DNA of 64,000 nucleotides from Thermodesulfobacteriota bacterium. GTDB taxonomy: Bacteria > Desulfobacterota > Desulfobacteria > Desulfobacterales > C00003060. Within the stretch, counting starts at the first letter, position 1; every line of letters begins with the position of its first letter. The translations under genes were made by a program, and so were the position numbers. The notes under the pieces were generated by a model, which was not told the DNA's origin, did no database searches, and was given only the letters and a program-made list of their open reading frames with translations. This document shows, in pieces, positions 47,456-58,686 of this stretch. The stretch is from assembly GCA_034189385.1 (NCBI GenBank), contig JAXHVD010000009.1, forward strand, positions 1 to 64,000, given 5' to 3'.

Positions 47456-48123
47456 GTCACATGCCCAAGGACCGATACGCCGGCTAAGACCTTGTCCCCC
47501 ACAGACACGGCAGGCTTTGTGTCGGAAGGAAGATAGACATCCAAGCGAGACCCAAAACAGATCATGCCAAAGCGCTCACCACGCTTCAACCGGTCCCCGT
47601 CCTGTACCTTGCATACGATGCGTCTTGCAACCAACCCTGCCACCTGCACCACCGTGAGGCTTTGTCCGCCCGCCATCTCCAAGGTGACCGCATTTCGCTC
47701 ATTGTCCCTGGAGGCCTTGTCCAGGTTTGCTGAGAAGAATTTGCCAGGACGATAGGAAATCTCCGTAACCCTGCCATCAGCAGGGATCCTGTTCACGTGG
47801 ACATTAAATACAGACATGAACACACTGATCTTGAGGGCTTCATCAGAAGCGAACTCGCCGCCATGGACCACCCCTACCTCCACCACCTTGCCGTCGGCAG
47901 GAGAAACCACCATCCCTGCTTGCTCAGGGGTTTCCCGTTCAGGGTCTCTGAAGAAAAAACCCAGAAAAACTGTGACGGCCCCAAAGAACAGGGCCATGAC
48001 GCCAAATCCCAGGGCGCCGAGATAGACTGTGACAAAGGCCGATACGGCAATGGGCAAAAAGCCCTCGGAAGCAATGGGGATGGCCCTCTCCTTCGTGGAC
48101 CTTGGATTTCTACTGGAAGTCAT
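47452..48123 (-). CDS. psd: Phosphatidylserine decarboxylase proenzyme
   Basis: FFRDPER, SPADG, NVHVNR.P, FGSR. Confidence 0.93.
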   Translation of the reverse strand: MTSSRNPRSTKERAIPIASEGFLPIAVSAFVTVYLGALGFGVMALFFGAVTVFLGFFFRDPERETPEQAGMVVSPADGKVVEVGVVHGGEFASDEALKISVFMSVFNVHVNRIPADGRVTEISYRPGKFFSANLDKASRDNERNAVTLEMAGGQSLTVVQVAGLVARRIVCKVQDGDRLKRGERFGMICFGSRLDVYLPSDTKPAVSVGDKVLAGVSVLGHVT

Positions 48124-48219
48124 GTGTCACCTCGGTTCTCTTGCGAAGACATGAAAATGGACTCGTAAAAAGTCGTCACCCCGGTGAAAACCGGGGTCCA
48201 GCAGCATTCTAAATAGGTT

Positions 48220-48424
48220 GGTAACGTTCAAAAGTTGCGGCAAAGGCCCTCAGCAGGCAGTCAGAGAGATAGGGATGATCGCTGAACGCAGGCATGCAGC
48301 CATTGCCATCTACACAAATGGCATAGGCTACCTAAAGGCATTGGATGCCGACGAGAAGCGATTATCCCTATCTCGATAGTTGGTTGTCCAGAAATCCACC
48401 AAGTCAATGCTTTTGAACATTACC
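48220..48424. mobile_element. 205-bp MITE with 15-bp TIRs
   Basis: GGTAACGTTCAAAAG / CTTTTGAACATTACC (14/15); flanks aataggtt and aatagttt (7/8, TSD-like). Confidence 0.8.
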
Positions 48425-48538
48425 AATAGTTTAAATGGCTAGCTTCCGGCTTCCGCCTGAATGACAGAAAGAGGTCTTTTTCAACTTTTTACGGAACCGT
48501 CACTAAAAGAACGCATTATACCTTGAAGCAAATCGTTG

Positions 48539-49237
48539 TCAACCAAGCTTGCCCTGGGCCAGCTTTATTTCAGCGTCTGACTTGCGTATGTAATAAGGAA
48601 CCAACGCGCTCGCGTCAGCCGTCTCACCCCTTTTGATCTGCTCAATCCCTAAAGCCCCTACCGCCGAGGCCCGCGGTGCATGAAGAAAGAAAGGGGCAAA
48701 CCTGGCCCGGTGGCCTACGATCTCTTCAATCGTCTCCCTGTAAGCCACCGCACCATCGCCCACAAAAAGACAGATCTCTTGAATCCCCGCCAGCCATTCC
48801 TCAGGGTGAACGGCACAGTCGGAGGAGACCTTTTTTAGGGTCTCTGGGGTCCCACACCGGTATAGGGCCGTGTAAACCTCGCCCTTTCGGGCATCCAACA
48901 GGGGACAGACGAGACCAGGAAACCACGGAAAGGGGTGCGCCAGGGCGTCCAGGGTGGAAATCCCTGTTACGGGCTTGCCTGTGGCAAAGGCAAACCCTTT
49001 GACAGCGCTTATCCCGATGCGCAGCCCAGTGAAGCTGCCCGGGCCGATGGTAACGGCAAAGGCGTCCAATGCCTCCAGGCCAAGGCCTGCCAGGCCAAGG
49101 GTGGCGTCAATGACCGTCATGAGACGTTTTGCGTGGGTTTCGGAGCTGCTCACCTGGAGTTCTGCCACCATGGTGTCGTCGTCCAAGAGAGCCACGCTGC
49201 CAGCCCGCGTGGATGTGTCTATAGCAAGAATCTTCAC
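48539..49237 (-). CDS. tsaB: tRNA threonylcarbamoyladenosine biosynthesis protein TsaB
   Basis: ILAIDTS, GPGSFTGLRIG, DARKGEVY, P.Y.RKS.AE. Confidence 0.95.
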   Translation of the reverse strand: MKILAIDTSTRAGSVALLDDDTMVAELQVSSSETHAKRLMTVIDATLGLAGLGLEALDAFAVTIGPGSFTGLRIGISAVKGFAFATGKPVTGISTLDALAHPFPWFPGLVCPLLDARKGEVYTALYRCGTPETLKKVSSDCAVHPEEWLAGIQEICLFVGDGAVAYRETIEEIVGHRARFAPFFLHAPRASAVGALGIEQIKRGETADASALVPYYIRKSDAEIKLAQGKLG

Positions 49238-49246
49238 CGTGCCCTT

Positions 49247-51679
49247 CTATCTCTTTGCCTTTCTTGGCTTGCCCTTGCTTTTTGCCCGGGCCGCCTTCTT
49301 GCGGGGTCTTGGCTGGAGGGCAAGGTCAAGGACGCTGTCCACATGGTGGACCGGAAAGAAGGTGAGCTTACGCTTGATGTTTGAGGGAATCTCAGCCAGG
49401 TCTTTCTTGTTCTTTTCCGGTATGATGACCTTTCGCACATTGGCACGGAGGGCGGCCAAGGCCTTTTCTTTGAGCCCCCCTATGGGAAGAACCCTGCCCC
49501 GAAGGGTAATTTCTCCGGTCATGGCCACATCCCTGCTCACAGGCCTTTCCGTTAGGCAAGACACCAGCGCCACGGCCATGGTAATCCCGGCTGAAGGCCC
49601 GTCCTTGGGAATGGCCCCTGCAGGCACGTGAACGTGGATATCTGCATCCTGTTGGAAGTTGCCCTTGATTCCTAGGGCCTTTGCATGAGACCGGGCATAG
49701 GTGAGGGCCGCCTTTGCAGACTCCTGCATCACCTCGCCCAACTGGCCTGTGAGGATCAAATCCCCCTTGCCTTTCATAGTGGAGGCCTCCACATAGAGCA
49801 CCTCTCCACCCACTTGGGTCCAGGCAAGCCCGGTGGCCACCCCTACCTCATGGAAGGCCTGATCCAGCTCAGGCAAGTATTTTGGAACGCCCAGATATTG
49901 GTGGATATTGCCTGCCGTGATTCTAAAGGGCCCCTTTTCCCCCTCCGCCACTTTTCGAGCCACCTTGCGGCAGACAGTGGCAATCTCACGCTCCAGGTTC
50001 CTGAGTCCGGCCTCAAGGGTATACTCTGATATGATCTTCCGCAGGGCCCCCGGCCCCAGGTTGATGTGCTTTGCCTTGATCCCATTTTCCTTAATCTGAC
50101 GGGGCATTAAGAACTGCTGTGCGATGGCAAGTTTTTCCTCTTCTGTATACCCTGCCAGCTCAATGATCTCCATCCGATCCTTTAGTGCCGAGGGGATGGG
50201 ATCGGCAAGGTTTGCCGTGGTGATGAACATGACCTTGGACAAGTCAAAGGGCAAGTTGAGATAGTGGTCACTGAAACTGATATTCTGTTCCGGGTCCAGT
50301 ACTTCCAGCAGGGCCGCAGCCGGGTCGCCGCGAAAATCCGCACCAATCTTATCCACTTCGTCCATCATGTACACGGGGTTGTTGGTCCCGCACTGCTTTA
50401 GGCCCTGGATGATTCTTCCTGGCAGGGCCCCGATGTAGGTACGGCGGTGCCCCCGGATCTCGGCCTCGTCCCGAATACCCCCCAGGGAAATGCGATAAAA
50501 CTTCCTGTTCATGGCCCTGGCAATGGATCTGCCCAGGGAGGTCTTGCCTACCCCTGGCGGGCCCACAAAACAGAGGATAGGCCCCTTCATGTCTTTGTTG
50601 AGTTTGCGTACACTTAAGTATTCCAGAATGCGGTCCTTGACCTTTGTCAAATCGTAATGGTCCTCATCCAGCACCTTCTGGGCTGCCTTCACATCCAGCA
50701 TGTCTTTGGTGGACTTCTTCCACGGCACCTCCACCACCCAATCCAGATACGTTCGCACCACCGAGGCCTCAGCCGCGTCTGGATGCATCTGCTCAAGACG
50801 CCTTAGTTGTTTGCGCGCCTCCTTTTCTGCATCCTTGGGCATCTTGGCCCCTTTAATCTTCCTCTCATACTCCGCAACCTCCAGGGCCCTTTCGTCCATA
50901 TCTCCCAATTCATTGTGGATGGCCCGCATCTGCTCCCGGAGGTAGTACTCCCGCTGGGTCTTTGATATCTCCTCTCTGGCATGGGACTGGATCTTGGCCT
51001 GCATGGCAGAGACCTGCAGCTCTTTGCTCAAGAGATCGTTCACCTTATGAAGCTTCTCACAGGGATCGTTCACCTCCAGCAACGCCTGGGCCTCTTGCGT
51101 CTTGAGCCTCAGGTTTGAGGCTACAAGATCGGCCAAGCGGCTCGGCTCGTCTATGCTGTAGAGAATAGAACTCACATCGCCCGTCAACTCCCCCCGGAAC
51201 TCGAGTATCTTCTCACTCTGTTCGCAGACATTGCGCATCAAGGCCTCGGTCTCAAGGGTCATGTCCCCTTCCTTCTGTGGCTCCAACTTTTCAATCTCCA
51301 CCTGATAGAAGGGCTTTGTCTCTGTGTATTTCTTGATACGGGCCCTGGCCAGCCCCTGAACCAACAGCTTTGCTCTGCCGTCAGGCAGCTTCAGCATACG
51401 CAAGACCATAGCCACGGTGCCTACCTCGTAAATCTCCTCAGGCTTAGGATTTTCAACACTGGAGTCGCGTTGGGTGGCTAGCAGCAGCAGCCGGTCATTG
51501 GCCATGGAGGCATCTACAGCCCTCACCGACCTATCTCTTCCCACAAACAAAGGAAGGACCATATAGGTAAAGACCACGATGTCGCGAACGGCAAGAAGAG
51601 GAAGGGTGTCGGGGATTTCTATGGTTTCATCATCTTCTTGTATGATGTCCACTGCATCTTCAGTATCTATTTGGGCCAC
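49247..51679 (-). CDS. lon: ATP-dependent Lon protease
   Basis: [29 protein letters not shown]. Confidence 0.97.
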   Translation of the reverse strand: MAQIDTEDAVDIIQEDDETIEIPDTLPLLAVRDIVVFTYMVLPLFVGRDRSVRAVDASMANDRLLLLATQRDSSVENPKPEEIYEVGTVAMVLRMLKLPDGRAKLLVQGLARARIKKYTETKPFYQVEIEKLEPQKEGDMTLETEALMRNVCEQSEKILEFRGELTGDVSSILYSIDEPSRLADLVASNLRLKTQEAQALLEVNDPCEKLHKVNDLLSKELQVSAMQAKIQSHAREEISKTQREYYLREQMRAIHNELGDMDERALEVAEYERKIKGAKMPKDAEKEARKQLRRLEQMHPDAAEASVVRTYLDWVVEVPWKKSTKDMLDVKAAQKVLDEDHYDLTKVKDRILEYLSVRKLNKDMKGPILCFVGPPGVGKTSLGRSIARAMNRKFYRISLGGIRDEAEIRGHRRTYIGALPGRIIQGLKQCGTNNPVYMMDEVDKIGADFRGDPAAALLEVLDPEQNISFSDHYLNLPFDLSKVMFITTANLADPIPSALKDRMEIIELAGYTEEEKLAIAQQFLMPRQIKENGIKAKHINLGPGALRKIISEYTLEAGLRNLEREIATVCRKVARKVAEGEKGPFRITAGNIHQYLGVPKYLPELDQAFHEVGVATGLAWTQVGGEVLYVEASTMKGKGDLILTGQLGEVMQESAKAALTYARSHAKALGIKGNFQQDADIHVHVPAGAIPKDGPSAGITMAVALVSCLTERPVSRDVAMTGEITLRGRVLPIGGLKEKALAALRANVRKVIIPEKNKKDLAEIPSNIKRKLTFFPVHHVDSVLDLALQPRPRKKAARAKSKGKPRKAKR

Positions 51680-52045
51680 GGAAAATTCCTTTCAAAAAGT
51701 TCCTGTCGTGACTTCTATTTCGAGAGCAGACGGGGCCATTTCCAAAAAAAGACACTAACCCCCTTAATCTTATTGACAAAAACTCTCTTTCTTTGGTGTT
51801 CTCTTTAGCCCCTTTTCTTTGGCCCCGCCAAAGAAAGAGGGTCTTTCAAAATCAAACTATATAAGGATAATATCTCTTGATGACAACAAAAATCTTGATT
51901 TTTTGGTCCGCTCTCTATAGTCCTTCTCTACGACTCTTGGCGACACCATGTAGCGACCCTTGTCCGTTTACTGCAACTCACGCTGACCCAGAATCACCCG
52001 GGACTCCCCTTACATGACAGCCCAGGGCTGGGAGAAGGACGGTAA

Positions 52046-52822
52046 GTGGAGCAGTCTTTGACTATTAAGATCTTCGTCTTTGTCTTCGGTACAGCCGTTG
52101 GCAGTTTCTTGAACGTATGTATCTACCGTCTTCCTAACTCCCTTTCCATTGTCCGTCCTCGCTCCATGTGCCCCCGTTGCGAAAGGCAGATCGCCTTTTA
52201 CGACAACATACCGATCTTGAGTTATCTCTGGCTTCGGGGAAGATGTCGCCATTGCGGGGCCGCCATCTCCTTGAGATATCCTGTGGTGGAGATGGCCGCG
52301 GGCCTCTTTGCCGTGGCCGTGTTCAACCTCCACGGCGTTGCAGTGGATAGCATTCTTGTGTATGCCTTTGTGGCCGCCCTGCTGGTCGTCACCTTCATAG
52401 ACATAGATCACCAGATCATCCCTGATGTGATCACCTATCCAGGCATCGTGGTTGGCTTTCTTTCTTCCTTGATCCTGGATCACATCACCTACAAAGACTC
52501 CCTTCTGGGCATCCTTTTAGGGGGTGGGCTCCTCTTTTTGGTCGCCTCAGGGTACTACTTCTTTACGAAAAAGGAAGGAATGGGAGGTGGAGACATCAAG
52601 CTTTTGGCCATGATAGGGGCCTTCTTGGGTTGGAAGGCGATCATCTTCACCATCTTCGTGGGATCAGCCGTAGGCACCGTGGTGGGCATAGCCGTGGCGC
52701 TCCATACACGGGGGGGGCGCAAGATGGCCGTTCCTTTCGGTCCCTTTCTCAGTCTTGGAGCCCTTGTTTTCCTGTTCTGGGGGCAGAAAATCATCAACTG
52801 GTATTTCGGTTTTATGGGATAG
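52046..52822 (+). CDS. pilD: Prepilin peptidase
   Basis: GSFLNVCIYR, CxxC pairs, IDIDH, GMGGGDIKL, PFGPFL. Confidence 0.93.
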   Translation: MEQSLTIKIFVFVFGTAVGSFLNVCIYRLPNSLSIVRPRSMCPRCERQIAFYDNIPILSYLWLRGRCRHCGAAISLRYPVVEMAAGLFAVAVFNLHGVAVDSILVYAFVAALLVVTFIDIDHQIIPDVITYPGIVVGFLSSLILDHITYKDSLLGILLGGGLLFLVASGYYFFTKKEGMGGGDIKLLAMIGAFLGWKAIIFTIFVGSAVGTVVGIAVALHTRGGRKMAVPFGPFLSLGALVFLFWGQKIINWYFGFMG

Positions 52823-52827
52823 GACCG

Positions 52828-54351
52828 TTGAAAACTTTCAGGCCAGGACTACGAATCCAGATTCTGCTTAGCCTGACGCTCCTTCTGATCGCTGCCATGT
52901 CGTTGACAGGCTTTGTGGTGATGAGGGTCACGGAACGGGATCTCATGCAGTACAAGGCAGCAGACGGGATGGCAGTGGTGGAGGCCATACAGACAGCAGT
53001 AGATGACCTGGCAGAAGGACAGAGCGCGCCACCAGTCATGCTTATGAAGAAACGACTGGAGCTCACGGCCACCTGGATGGGAACGGGCGCTGCTGGGCTC
53101 TTTGACGACATCGTTGTTCTGGGAAAGGATGGCGCCCTGTGGCTTGGAAACAAGGGGGCCGGCAGATCCATCGGTGTTGACGCTGCTGACATCTCAGAGA
53201 CCCTGGATACGGAAGAAAGAACCACCAGGATCGATACACAGCTGGGCCTTTTAGTCGTAACGGCCCCCCTTTTTGCGGCAGACCAATGCATTGCAGCCGT
53301 CCAGGTCCCTGTTCGCATTGACCGGGTGCTCAAGGGCCTCAGCAGGTCACGGCAGATCCTGTGGTTATACATCGGACTAAACGCCCTGGTCCTTCTCGTC
53401 TTTGGAAACTTTCTCCTTTCCAGAATCGTGATTCGCCCCGTCAAACACTTGGTGGACACGGTGGAGCGCTTCCAAGACGCTGGACCCTTTCCCGTGGCCG
53501 GGGAGCCAGATCGCAACGAGATCGCCCGCCTGAGTGTATCTTTGAACCGCATGGTCAAGCGGCTGGCTGAAAACAAGGAGCGGATGAAGGCCCAGATACG
53601 CTCTCTAGAAGTGGCCAGGCAGGAGACGCTTCGCTCAGAGAGGCTTTCTTCTATCGGACGCCTCGCCGCAGGCGTGGCCCATGAAGTGGGCAATCCCATA
53701 GGCGCTATTCTGGGATATACCAACCTGCTGGCAAGCCATACACAAGAAGACGAAGAAGCCAAAGACTACCTCTTACGCATTGAAAAGGAGATTACCAGAA
53801 TAGACACCATCGTCCGCGAGCTCCTTGATTTTTCAAGGCCCTCTGCAGCTGTGTCCGCCCCTGTGGATATCAATGCCCTTGTCTTAGAAAGTGTCTCCTT
53901 TTTTTCTCACCAAAAACTCATGGCCTCTGTGAATCTTGAAACCCTCCTTGAAAAGGACTTGGAAACGGTGTGGGCCGATCCGGACCAGCTTAAGCAGGTC
54001 TTAATCAACCTCATGTTTAACGCCCGTGACGCCATGGAACAGGGCGGCAGGCTTACCGTTACCACCGGTGCTGTCCGCTCGGCAGGAGGGGATGACTCAG
54101 AGGCTGAAAAGCGGCCGAGAGACCTTGTCGAGATTGCTGTCTCCGATACGGGCAAGGGGATCCCGGCACGAGAGCTGCAGAAGATCTTTCACCCCTTCTA
54201 CACCACGAAACCCCCCGGAAAGGGCACCGGCCTCGGTCTTGCCATTAGCCTTCGCATTGTCGAGTCCTTTGGCGGAACCATCCACGTGGAAAGCGTTGAG
54301 GACAAGGGTACCACCTTTAGGGTCAGACTCCCCTTGGAGCGGAGAGCATGA
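52828..54351 (+). CDS. Membrane sensor histidine kinase (HAMP-HisKA-HATPase)
   Basis: Two TMs, HAMP, AHEVGNP, N/G1/F/G2 boxes; TTG start inferred. Confidence 0.9.
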   Translation: MKTFRPGLRIQILLSLTLLLIAAMSLTGFVVMRVTERDLMQYKAADGMAVVEAIQTAVDDLAEGQSAPPVMLMKKRLELTATWMGTGAAGLFDDIVVLGKDGALWLGNKGAGRSIGVDAADISETLDTEERTTRIDTQLGLLVVTAPLFAADQCIAAVQVPVRIDRVLKGLSRSRQILWLYIGLNALVLLVFGNFLLSRIVIRPVKHLVDTVERFQDAGPFPVAGEPDRNEIARLSVSLNRMVKRLAENKERMKAQIRSLEVARQETLRSERLSSIGRLAAGVAHEVGNPIGAILGYTNLLASHTQEDEEAKDYLLRIEKEITRIDTIVRELLDFSRPSAAVSAPVDINALVLESVSFFSHQKLMASVNLETLLEKDLETVWADPDQLKQVLINLMFNARDAMEQGGRLTVTTGAVRSAGGDDSEAEKRPRDLVEIAVSDTGKGIPARELQKIFHPFYTTKPPGKGTGLGLAISLRIVESFGGTIHVESVEDKGTTFRVRLPLERRA

Positions 54352-55472
54352 TGCCCAATGAGGTACGTATCGACCTAAGTGCCATTAGAGACAACTTCAT
54401 CGAGATCAAGCGATTAGCAGGCCCCAAGTCCCGCGTCCTTGCCGTGGTGAAATCAGACGCCTACGGTCACGGCATGATCCCCGTGGCTAGGACCCTTGAG
54501 GCTGCCGGCGTTGACTATCTTGGCATATTTGAGACGGAAGAGGGCCTGAACCTTCGAAAGGCTGGCATCACGGTCCCTGTCTTGATCATGATGGGGATCA
54601 TGCCAGAGGAGGTCTCGGCTGTTGTAGAATACAAGCTCTCTGCGGCCGTCTTTGGAAAAGAGATTGCAGAGAGGCTCTCTGAGAAGAGCCTGGAACAGGG
54701 CAGGGTCACTCCCGTTCACGTAAAGGTAGATACCGGCATGAGCCGCCTCGGCGTGTCATTGTCAGACCTGGGCCCTTTTTTGCGCGGCCTCTTGCCTCTG
54801 AAGGGGCTCAGATTAGAGGGGATATTCTCTCACTTGGCCATCTCTGATCAGCCCCAGCACCCCTTTACGGCTCAGCAGATTGGGGCATTTATCAAGGCAG
54901 TGGAGATAAGCCGAAAGCTTGGCGTATGCCAAGAGGCAGTCCATGTCTCCAACAGCGGCGCCCTCTTGGAACAAAGGGCCCTGGATCTTCATATGGTACG
55001 CCCGGGCATACTCCTTTACGGCTCCCCACCTGGAGAGGCCCTGGCTATCCGCTCCTTTAGACCAGCCATGACCTTCAGATCCAAGGTCATTCAAGTAACA
55101 ACCGTGCCTCCCGGTACGGCCATCAGTTATGGCTGTACCTACCGAACCACATCAAAGGCCACTATCGCCACCGTCCCCGTGGGCTATGATGACGGATACA
55201 GCCGGCTGCTTTCCAACAAGGGAGAGGCCCTCATCCACGGCACACGGGTGCCCGTTGTGGGCCGGGTCTGCATGAATCTTACCATGGTGGATGTGACGTC
55301 CCTAGAGGGCGTGGCCGTGGGCGACGAGGTGGTGTTACTAGGTGCCCAAGGCAGTGAGCGCATTACGGCCGAGGAGATAGCCCAAAAGATGGGTACCATT
55401 AGTTACGAAGTCTACTGCAGCATCGGGAAAAGCAACCGCCGCGTTTACATAGACCCACAGGAAAAAGATTGA
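54348..55472 (+). CDS. alr: Alanine racemase
   Basis: VVKSDAYGHG, KVDTGMSRLG, GYDDG, GRVCM. Confidence 0.96.
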   Translation: MMPNEVRIDLSAIRDNFIEIKRLAGPKSRVLAVVKSDAYGHGMIPVARTLEAAGVDYLGIFETEEGLNLRKAGITVPVLIMMGIMPEEVSAVVEYKLSAAVFGKEIAERLSEKSLEQGRVTPVHVKVDTGMSRLGVSLSDLGPFLRGLLPLKGLRLEGIFSHLAISDQPQHPFTAQQIGAFIKAVEISRKLGVCQEAVHVSNSGALLEQRALDLHMVRPGILLYGSPPGEALAIRSFRPAMTFRSKVIQVTTVPPGTAISYGCTYRTTSKATIATVPVGYDDGYSRLLSNKGEALIHGTRVPVVGRVCMNLTMVDVTSLEGVAVGDEVVLLGAQGSERITAEEIAQKMGTISYEVYCSIGKSNRRVYIDPQEKD

Positions 55473-55639
55473 TCTGTGTCCGTCCACAATGGGCCCTGCT
55501 TTAATGCGCGGCCTTGTCGACGATTGGGCAGACCACGACATTTATCTTGAAATTCTCGGACCACGATACTAAACAAAAGGGCTCCGTTGCCTTGGCCCAT
55601 GAGGGACCCTGCTTCGGGCCATTATTTGGGGCAGAGTAA

Positions 55640-55735
55640 ACAAAAAAACCCCCGCTGAACTGGAAGAAGCCCTATTCTATCTGTTCAGCGGAGGCCTTGG
55701 TGCAGGGAAAACCGGTGACGGCACCCCCCGCACGC
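55640..55735 (-). ncRNA. Candidate small RNA (two hairpins + U-tract)
   Basis: Upstream TTGATC-17-TACATA; stems GTGCGGGG/CCCTGCAC and CCTCCGCTGAAC/GTTCAGCGGGGG followed by T7. Confidence 0.4.
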
Positions 55736-55808
55736 GCCTATCTATGTAACAGGAGTGGCGTTTTAGATCAACAAGGAATCTTACGGTCACCGAAAAGGTA
55801 CCCCTGTC

Positions 55809-56498
55809 ATGAGCGTCGGCACTGGAGTAGAGCCAGTCGTCCAAATGTTCCACGTCCACAAACGCTACGGTCCTCAGATCGCACTCCGTGACGTCAATCT
55901 CACCGTTCTGAAAAACGAGTTTGTCTTTGTCACGGGCCCCAGTGGCGCAGGCAAGACCACCCTGCTCCGCCTCATCTTTCTGCAAGAGGAGGTCTCAGAG
56001 GGGCAGATCTTGGTAAACGGGGTAAATCTCCAGCGGGTGCGCCGGAAAATGATCCCCCTTTTGAGACGAAGCATCGGGTTCGTTTTTCAGGATTTCAGAC
56101 TGATTGACAGCTACACCGTATATGAAAACATCGCTCTGGTCCTGGAGGCCACGGGTCATCAGAAAAGCTATACCCAGAAAAAGGTGCGCCAGGTCCTTGG
56201 AATGGTGGGCCTGGAAGACCGCATGCACACCTATCCGCCTAGGCTGTCTGGGGGAGAGCAACAGCGTGTGGCCGTGGCCCGGGCCGCAGTGGGCAATCCC
56301 TGGATACTCTTGGCAGACGAGCTCACAGGGAACCTCGATGATGAGGCTGCTGACATGGTCTTTGATCTTTTAAGACAACTGCACCGACGGGGTACCACCA
56401 TTGTGGTGGCCACCCACGACACCAGGCTCTTTGACAAGGTCGCTGGGCGCATTGTGTTCCTGAACAAGGGCCAGATAGAGGGCGAAAAAAGATCTTGA
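55809..56498 (+). CDS. ftsE: Cell division ATP-binding protein FtsE
   Basis: GPSGAGKT, VFQDFRL, LSGGEQQRV; upstream of ftsX. Confidence 0.92.
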   Translation: MSVGTGVEPVVQMFHVHKRYGPQIALRDVNLTVLKNEFVFVTGPSGAGKTTLLRLIFLQEEVSEGQILVNGVNLQRVRRKMIPLLRRSIGFVFQDFRLIDSYTVYENIALVLEATGHQKSYTQKKVRQVLGMVGLEDRMHTYPPRLSGGEQQRVAVARAAVGNPWILLADELTGNLDDEAADMVFDLLRQLHRRGTTIVVATHDTRLFDKVAGRIVFLNKGQIEGEKRS

Positions 56499-57391
56499 AT
56501 CTCATCGTGTTGTCTTCTGTCATCCAACGGGTTCGGAGAAATATCGCTGCAGGTCCCTATCTCCACCTGGCGGCCACGGCCACGATTGCCTTCTCTATGT
56601 TGATCTTGGGCGTCTTTGCCATTCTCTATGTGAATATAAGCGATCTCGTCAGGTCTTGGCAGCAAGATATTCGTGTTGTGGCCTACCTGGAAGAGGGCCT
56701 TGTGAAAGAGCGTGTGGAGTTGCTGCGCCGACACCTGGCCGAGCTTCAGGGGGTGGAGGAGATCCGTTATGTCTCAAAAGGTGAGGCCATGACCCGCCTA
56801 AGAAGCCAGATGAAACATCGCGCCTCCCTGCTGGATGGGTTAAAGGAAAATCCTCTGCCGGCCTCCTTTGAAATAGAATTGGCCCCAGGATGGCAACGTT
56901 GGGAACGCCTGGACCCCCTGGCCGACGAGATTAAGACATTCTCTGGAATCGAGGACGTGGCAGCCGCAGAGGCCTGGTTGCACCGGTTTACGGGATTCAT
57001 GGGGTTTTTCAGGCTGGCCAGCCTCATCGTGGGCGGGCTTGTCTTTGCAACCACTGTCTTTGTCTGCGCCAACACCATCAGGCTGACGCTGTACGCCAAA
57101 CGGCAAGAGATTGAGATCATGAAGCTCGTCGGTGCAACGGACAGTTTTGTGAAAATACCTTTCTATGTCCAGAACCTCTTAGAGGGTGCCTTGGGTGGAA
57201 TCGTGGGCCTGGGTCTTCTCTTTATCTCCTTTAAGCTCCTCATCGCACGGCTTCATTCAGGGCACGCCCTGCTGTCGACCTTTGACATCCGATTCCTCTC
57301 TCTCACTGGCTGCTCTCTCTTACTTTTTGTCGGGATATTCATGGCATGGCTCGGTTCTTATATATCTCTAAGGCAGTTCTTAAGGCCTTGA
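56495..57391 (+). CDS. ftsX: Cell division permease FtsX
   Basis: NPLPASF, NTIRL...R.EIEIMKLVGA. Confidence 0.92.
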   Translation: MNLIVLSSVIQRVRRNIAAGPYLHLAATATIAFSMLILGVFAILYVNISDLVRSWQQDIRVVAYLEEGLVKERVELLRRHLAELQGVEEIRYVSKGEAMTRLRSQMKHRASLLDGLKENPLPASFEIELAPGWQRWERLDPLADEIKTFSGIEDVAAAEAWLHRFTGFMGFFRLASLIVGGLVFATTVFVCANTIRLTLYAKRQEIEIMKLVGATDSFVKIPFYVQNLLEGALGGIVGLGLLFISFKLLIARLHSGHALLSTFDIRFLSLTGCSLLLFVGIFMAWLGSYISLRQFLRP

Positions 57392-58551
57392 CCCTGGCCT
57401 TACCGGCCTTTCTAATCTCCTTTGGACAGCTCGTGATGGCCGACCCTTCCACCAATGGCCTTAAAGAGACGATCGCACGGGAACAGACCCAGAGAAAGGC
57501 CGTCCAAGAAAAGATCTCAGAGGCCGAAAGAAAAATCGAGGGTCTCAAGGCCGATGAGACCCTAGTTGTCCAAGACCTGGAGCGATTAAACCTTGAGCTA
57601 TACAACTCACGGGCCAGGCTGAGAGAGATTCGCTCAGAAATCCAGGAGATTGAGAGACAAATGGAGGCCCTTACCTTGGAGCAGGCGTCTCTCGTAGCCC
57701 AGACCCGAACCCTCGAAGCCTTTGCCGTGCCCCGCTTAGTGGCCTTCTACAAGCTGGGCCAGCTGGGCGTGGCCCCCATGCTCTTTTCTGCCCAGACCTT
57801 CTCCCAGTTGTGGCAAAGACGGGAATCCCTGGAACGGATTCTAAAACACGACCGCGACCTCTGGGACACACTCCAGGACCAGAAAAGAAAGCTGGAGGTC
57901 GTTTCTGGTGACCTGGAAACCAGAAAACAGACCCAGGAGGGCCTCCTAAAGAAGGGCGAGGAGCAAGCAGCCCGCATAGCCCGACAAAGGGTCGACCGAT
58001 CCAAGCTACTGGCCAGCATCCAGGCCGACAAGGACCTTACCCTTGCCGCCATCGCCTCATTGAAAGACAGGGCAAAGAGACTCGATGAGACCCTAAGATC
58101 CCTGCAACGACAACCCCGCCCTTTCCCCGGTGCCCGCCCCAAGTTCTTTGCCGAACTGAAAGGCTCCCTGCCCCAGCCGGTCCGAGGGAAGATTCTGAAC
58201 CCCTTCGGGCCCTATCTACAGAAGGGCGATTACCCTATCAAAGGCTACAGAAGCGGAGTCACCATCCAGGCCGACGTGGACACCCAGGTGCGGGCAGTCT
58301 GTGATGGACAGGTGATTTACGCTGGATGGTTCAAGGGTTACGGCAACATCATGATCATCGACCATGGCAAGCATTATTACACTTTGTGTGCCCCCCTCGA
58401 CGAACTCTTTAAGCATAAGGGAGACGCAGTCCTTGCTGGAGAAGCCATCGGTACCTACGGAGACATCGTCACCCTGAGCGGCCCAGGGCTCTATTTTGAG
58501 GTTCGCCATCACGGAAAACCTCTTGATCCGGCATTGTGGTTCAAGAACTAG
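57388..58551 (+). CDS. envC: Murein hydrolase activator EnvC-like (coiled coil + M23)
   Basis: Long coiled coil, GYGN..IIDHG, LYFEVR; follows ftsEX; start uncertain. Confidence 0.85.
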   Translation: MTLALPAFLISFGQLVMADPSTNGLKETIAREQTQRKAVQEKISEAERKIEGLKADETLVVQDLERLNLELYNSRARLREIRSEIQEIERQMEALTLEQASLVAQTRTLEAFAVPRLVAFYKLGQLGVAPMLFSAQTFSQLWQRRESLERILKHDRDLWDTLQDQKRKLEVVSGDLETRKQTQEGLLKKGEEQAARIARQRVDRSKLLASIQADKDLTLAAIASLKDRAKRLDETLRSLQRQPRPFPGARPKFFAELKGSLPQPVRGKILNPFGPYLQKGDYPIKGYRSGVTIQADVDTQVRAVCDGQVIYAGWFKGYGNIMIIDHGKHYYTLCAPLDELFKHKGDAVLAGEAIGTYGDIVTLSGPGLYFEVRHHGKPLDPALWFKN

Positions 58552-58686
58552 AGGGCTTCTTTGTGATATGAGCAGTCGCCCAAGGGGCCTGGTCTGCAAA
58601 AGACCTTATATATGACCCCAAAATATGTTAATATGATAGATTGGAAACATTCCTGCGTCATATTTTCTGACTAACGAGGAGGGCCC

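Noticed and set aside
56310..56345. FtsE DELTGNLD instead of DEPTGNLD
   Set aside because: A single substitution; it cannot be distinguished from natural variation or sequencing error
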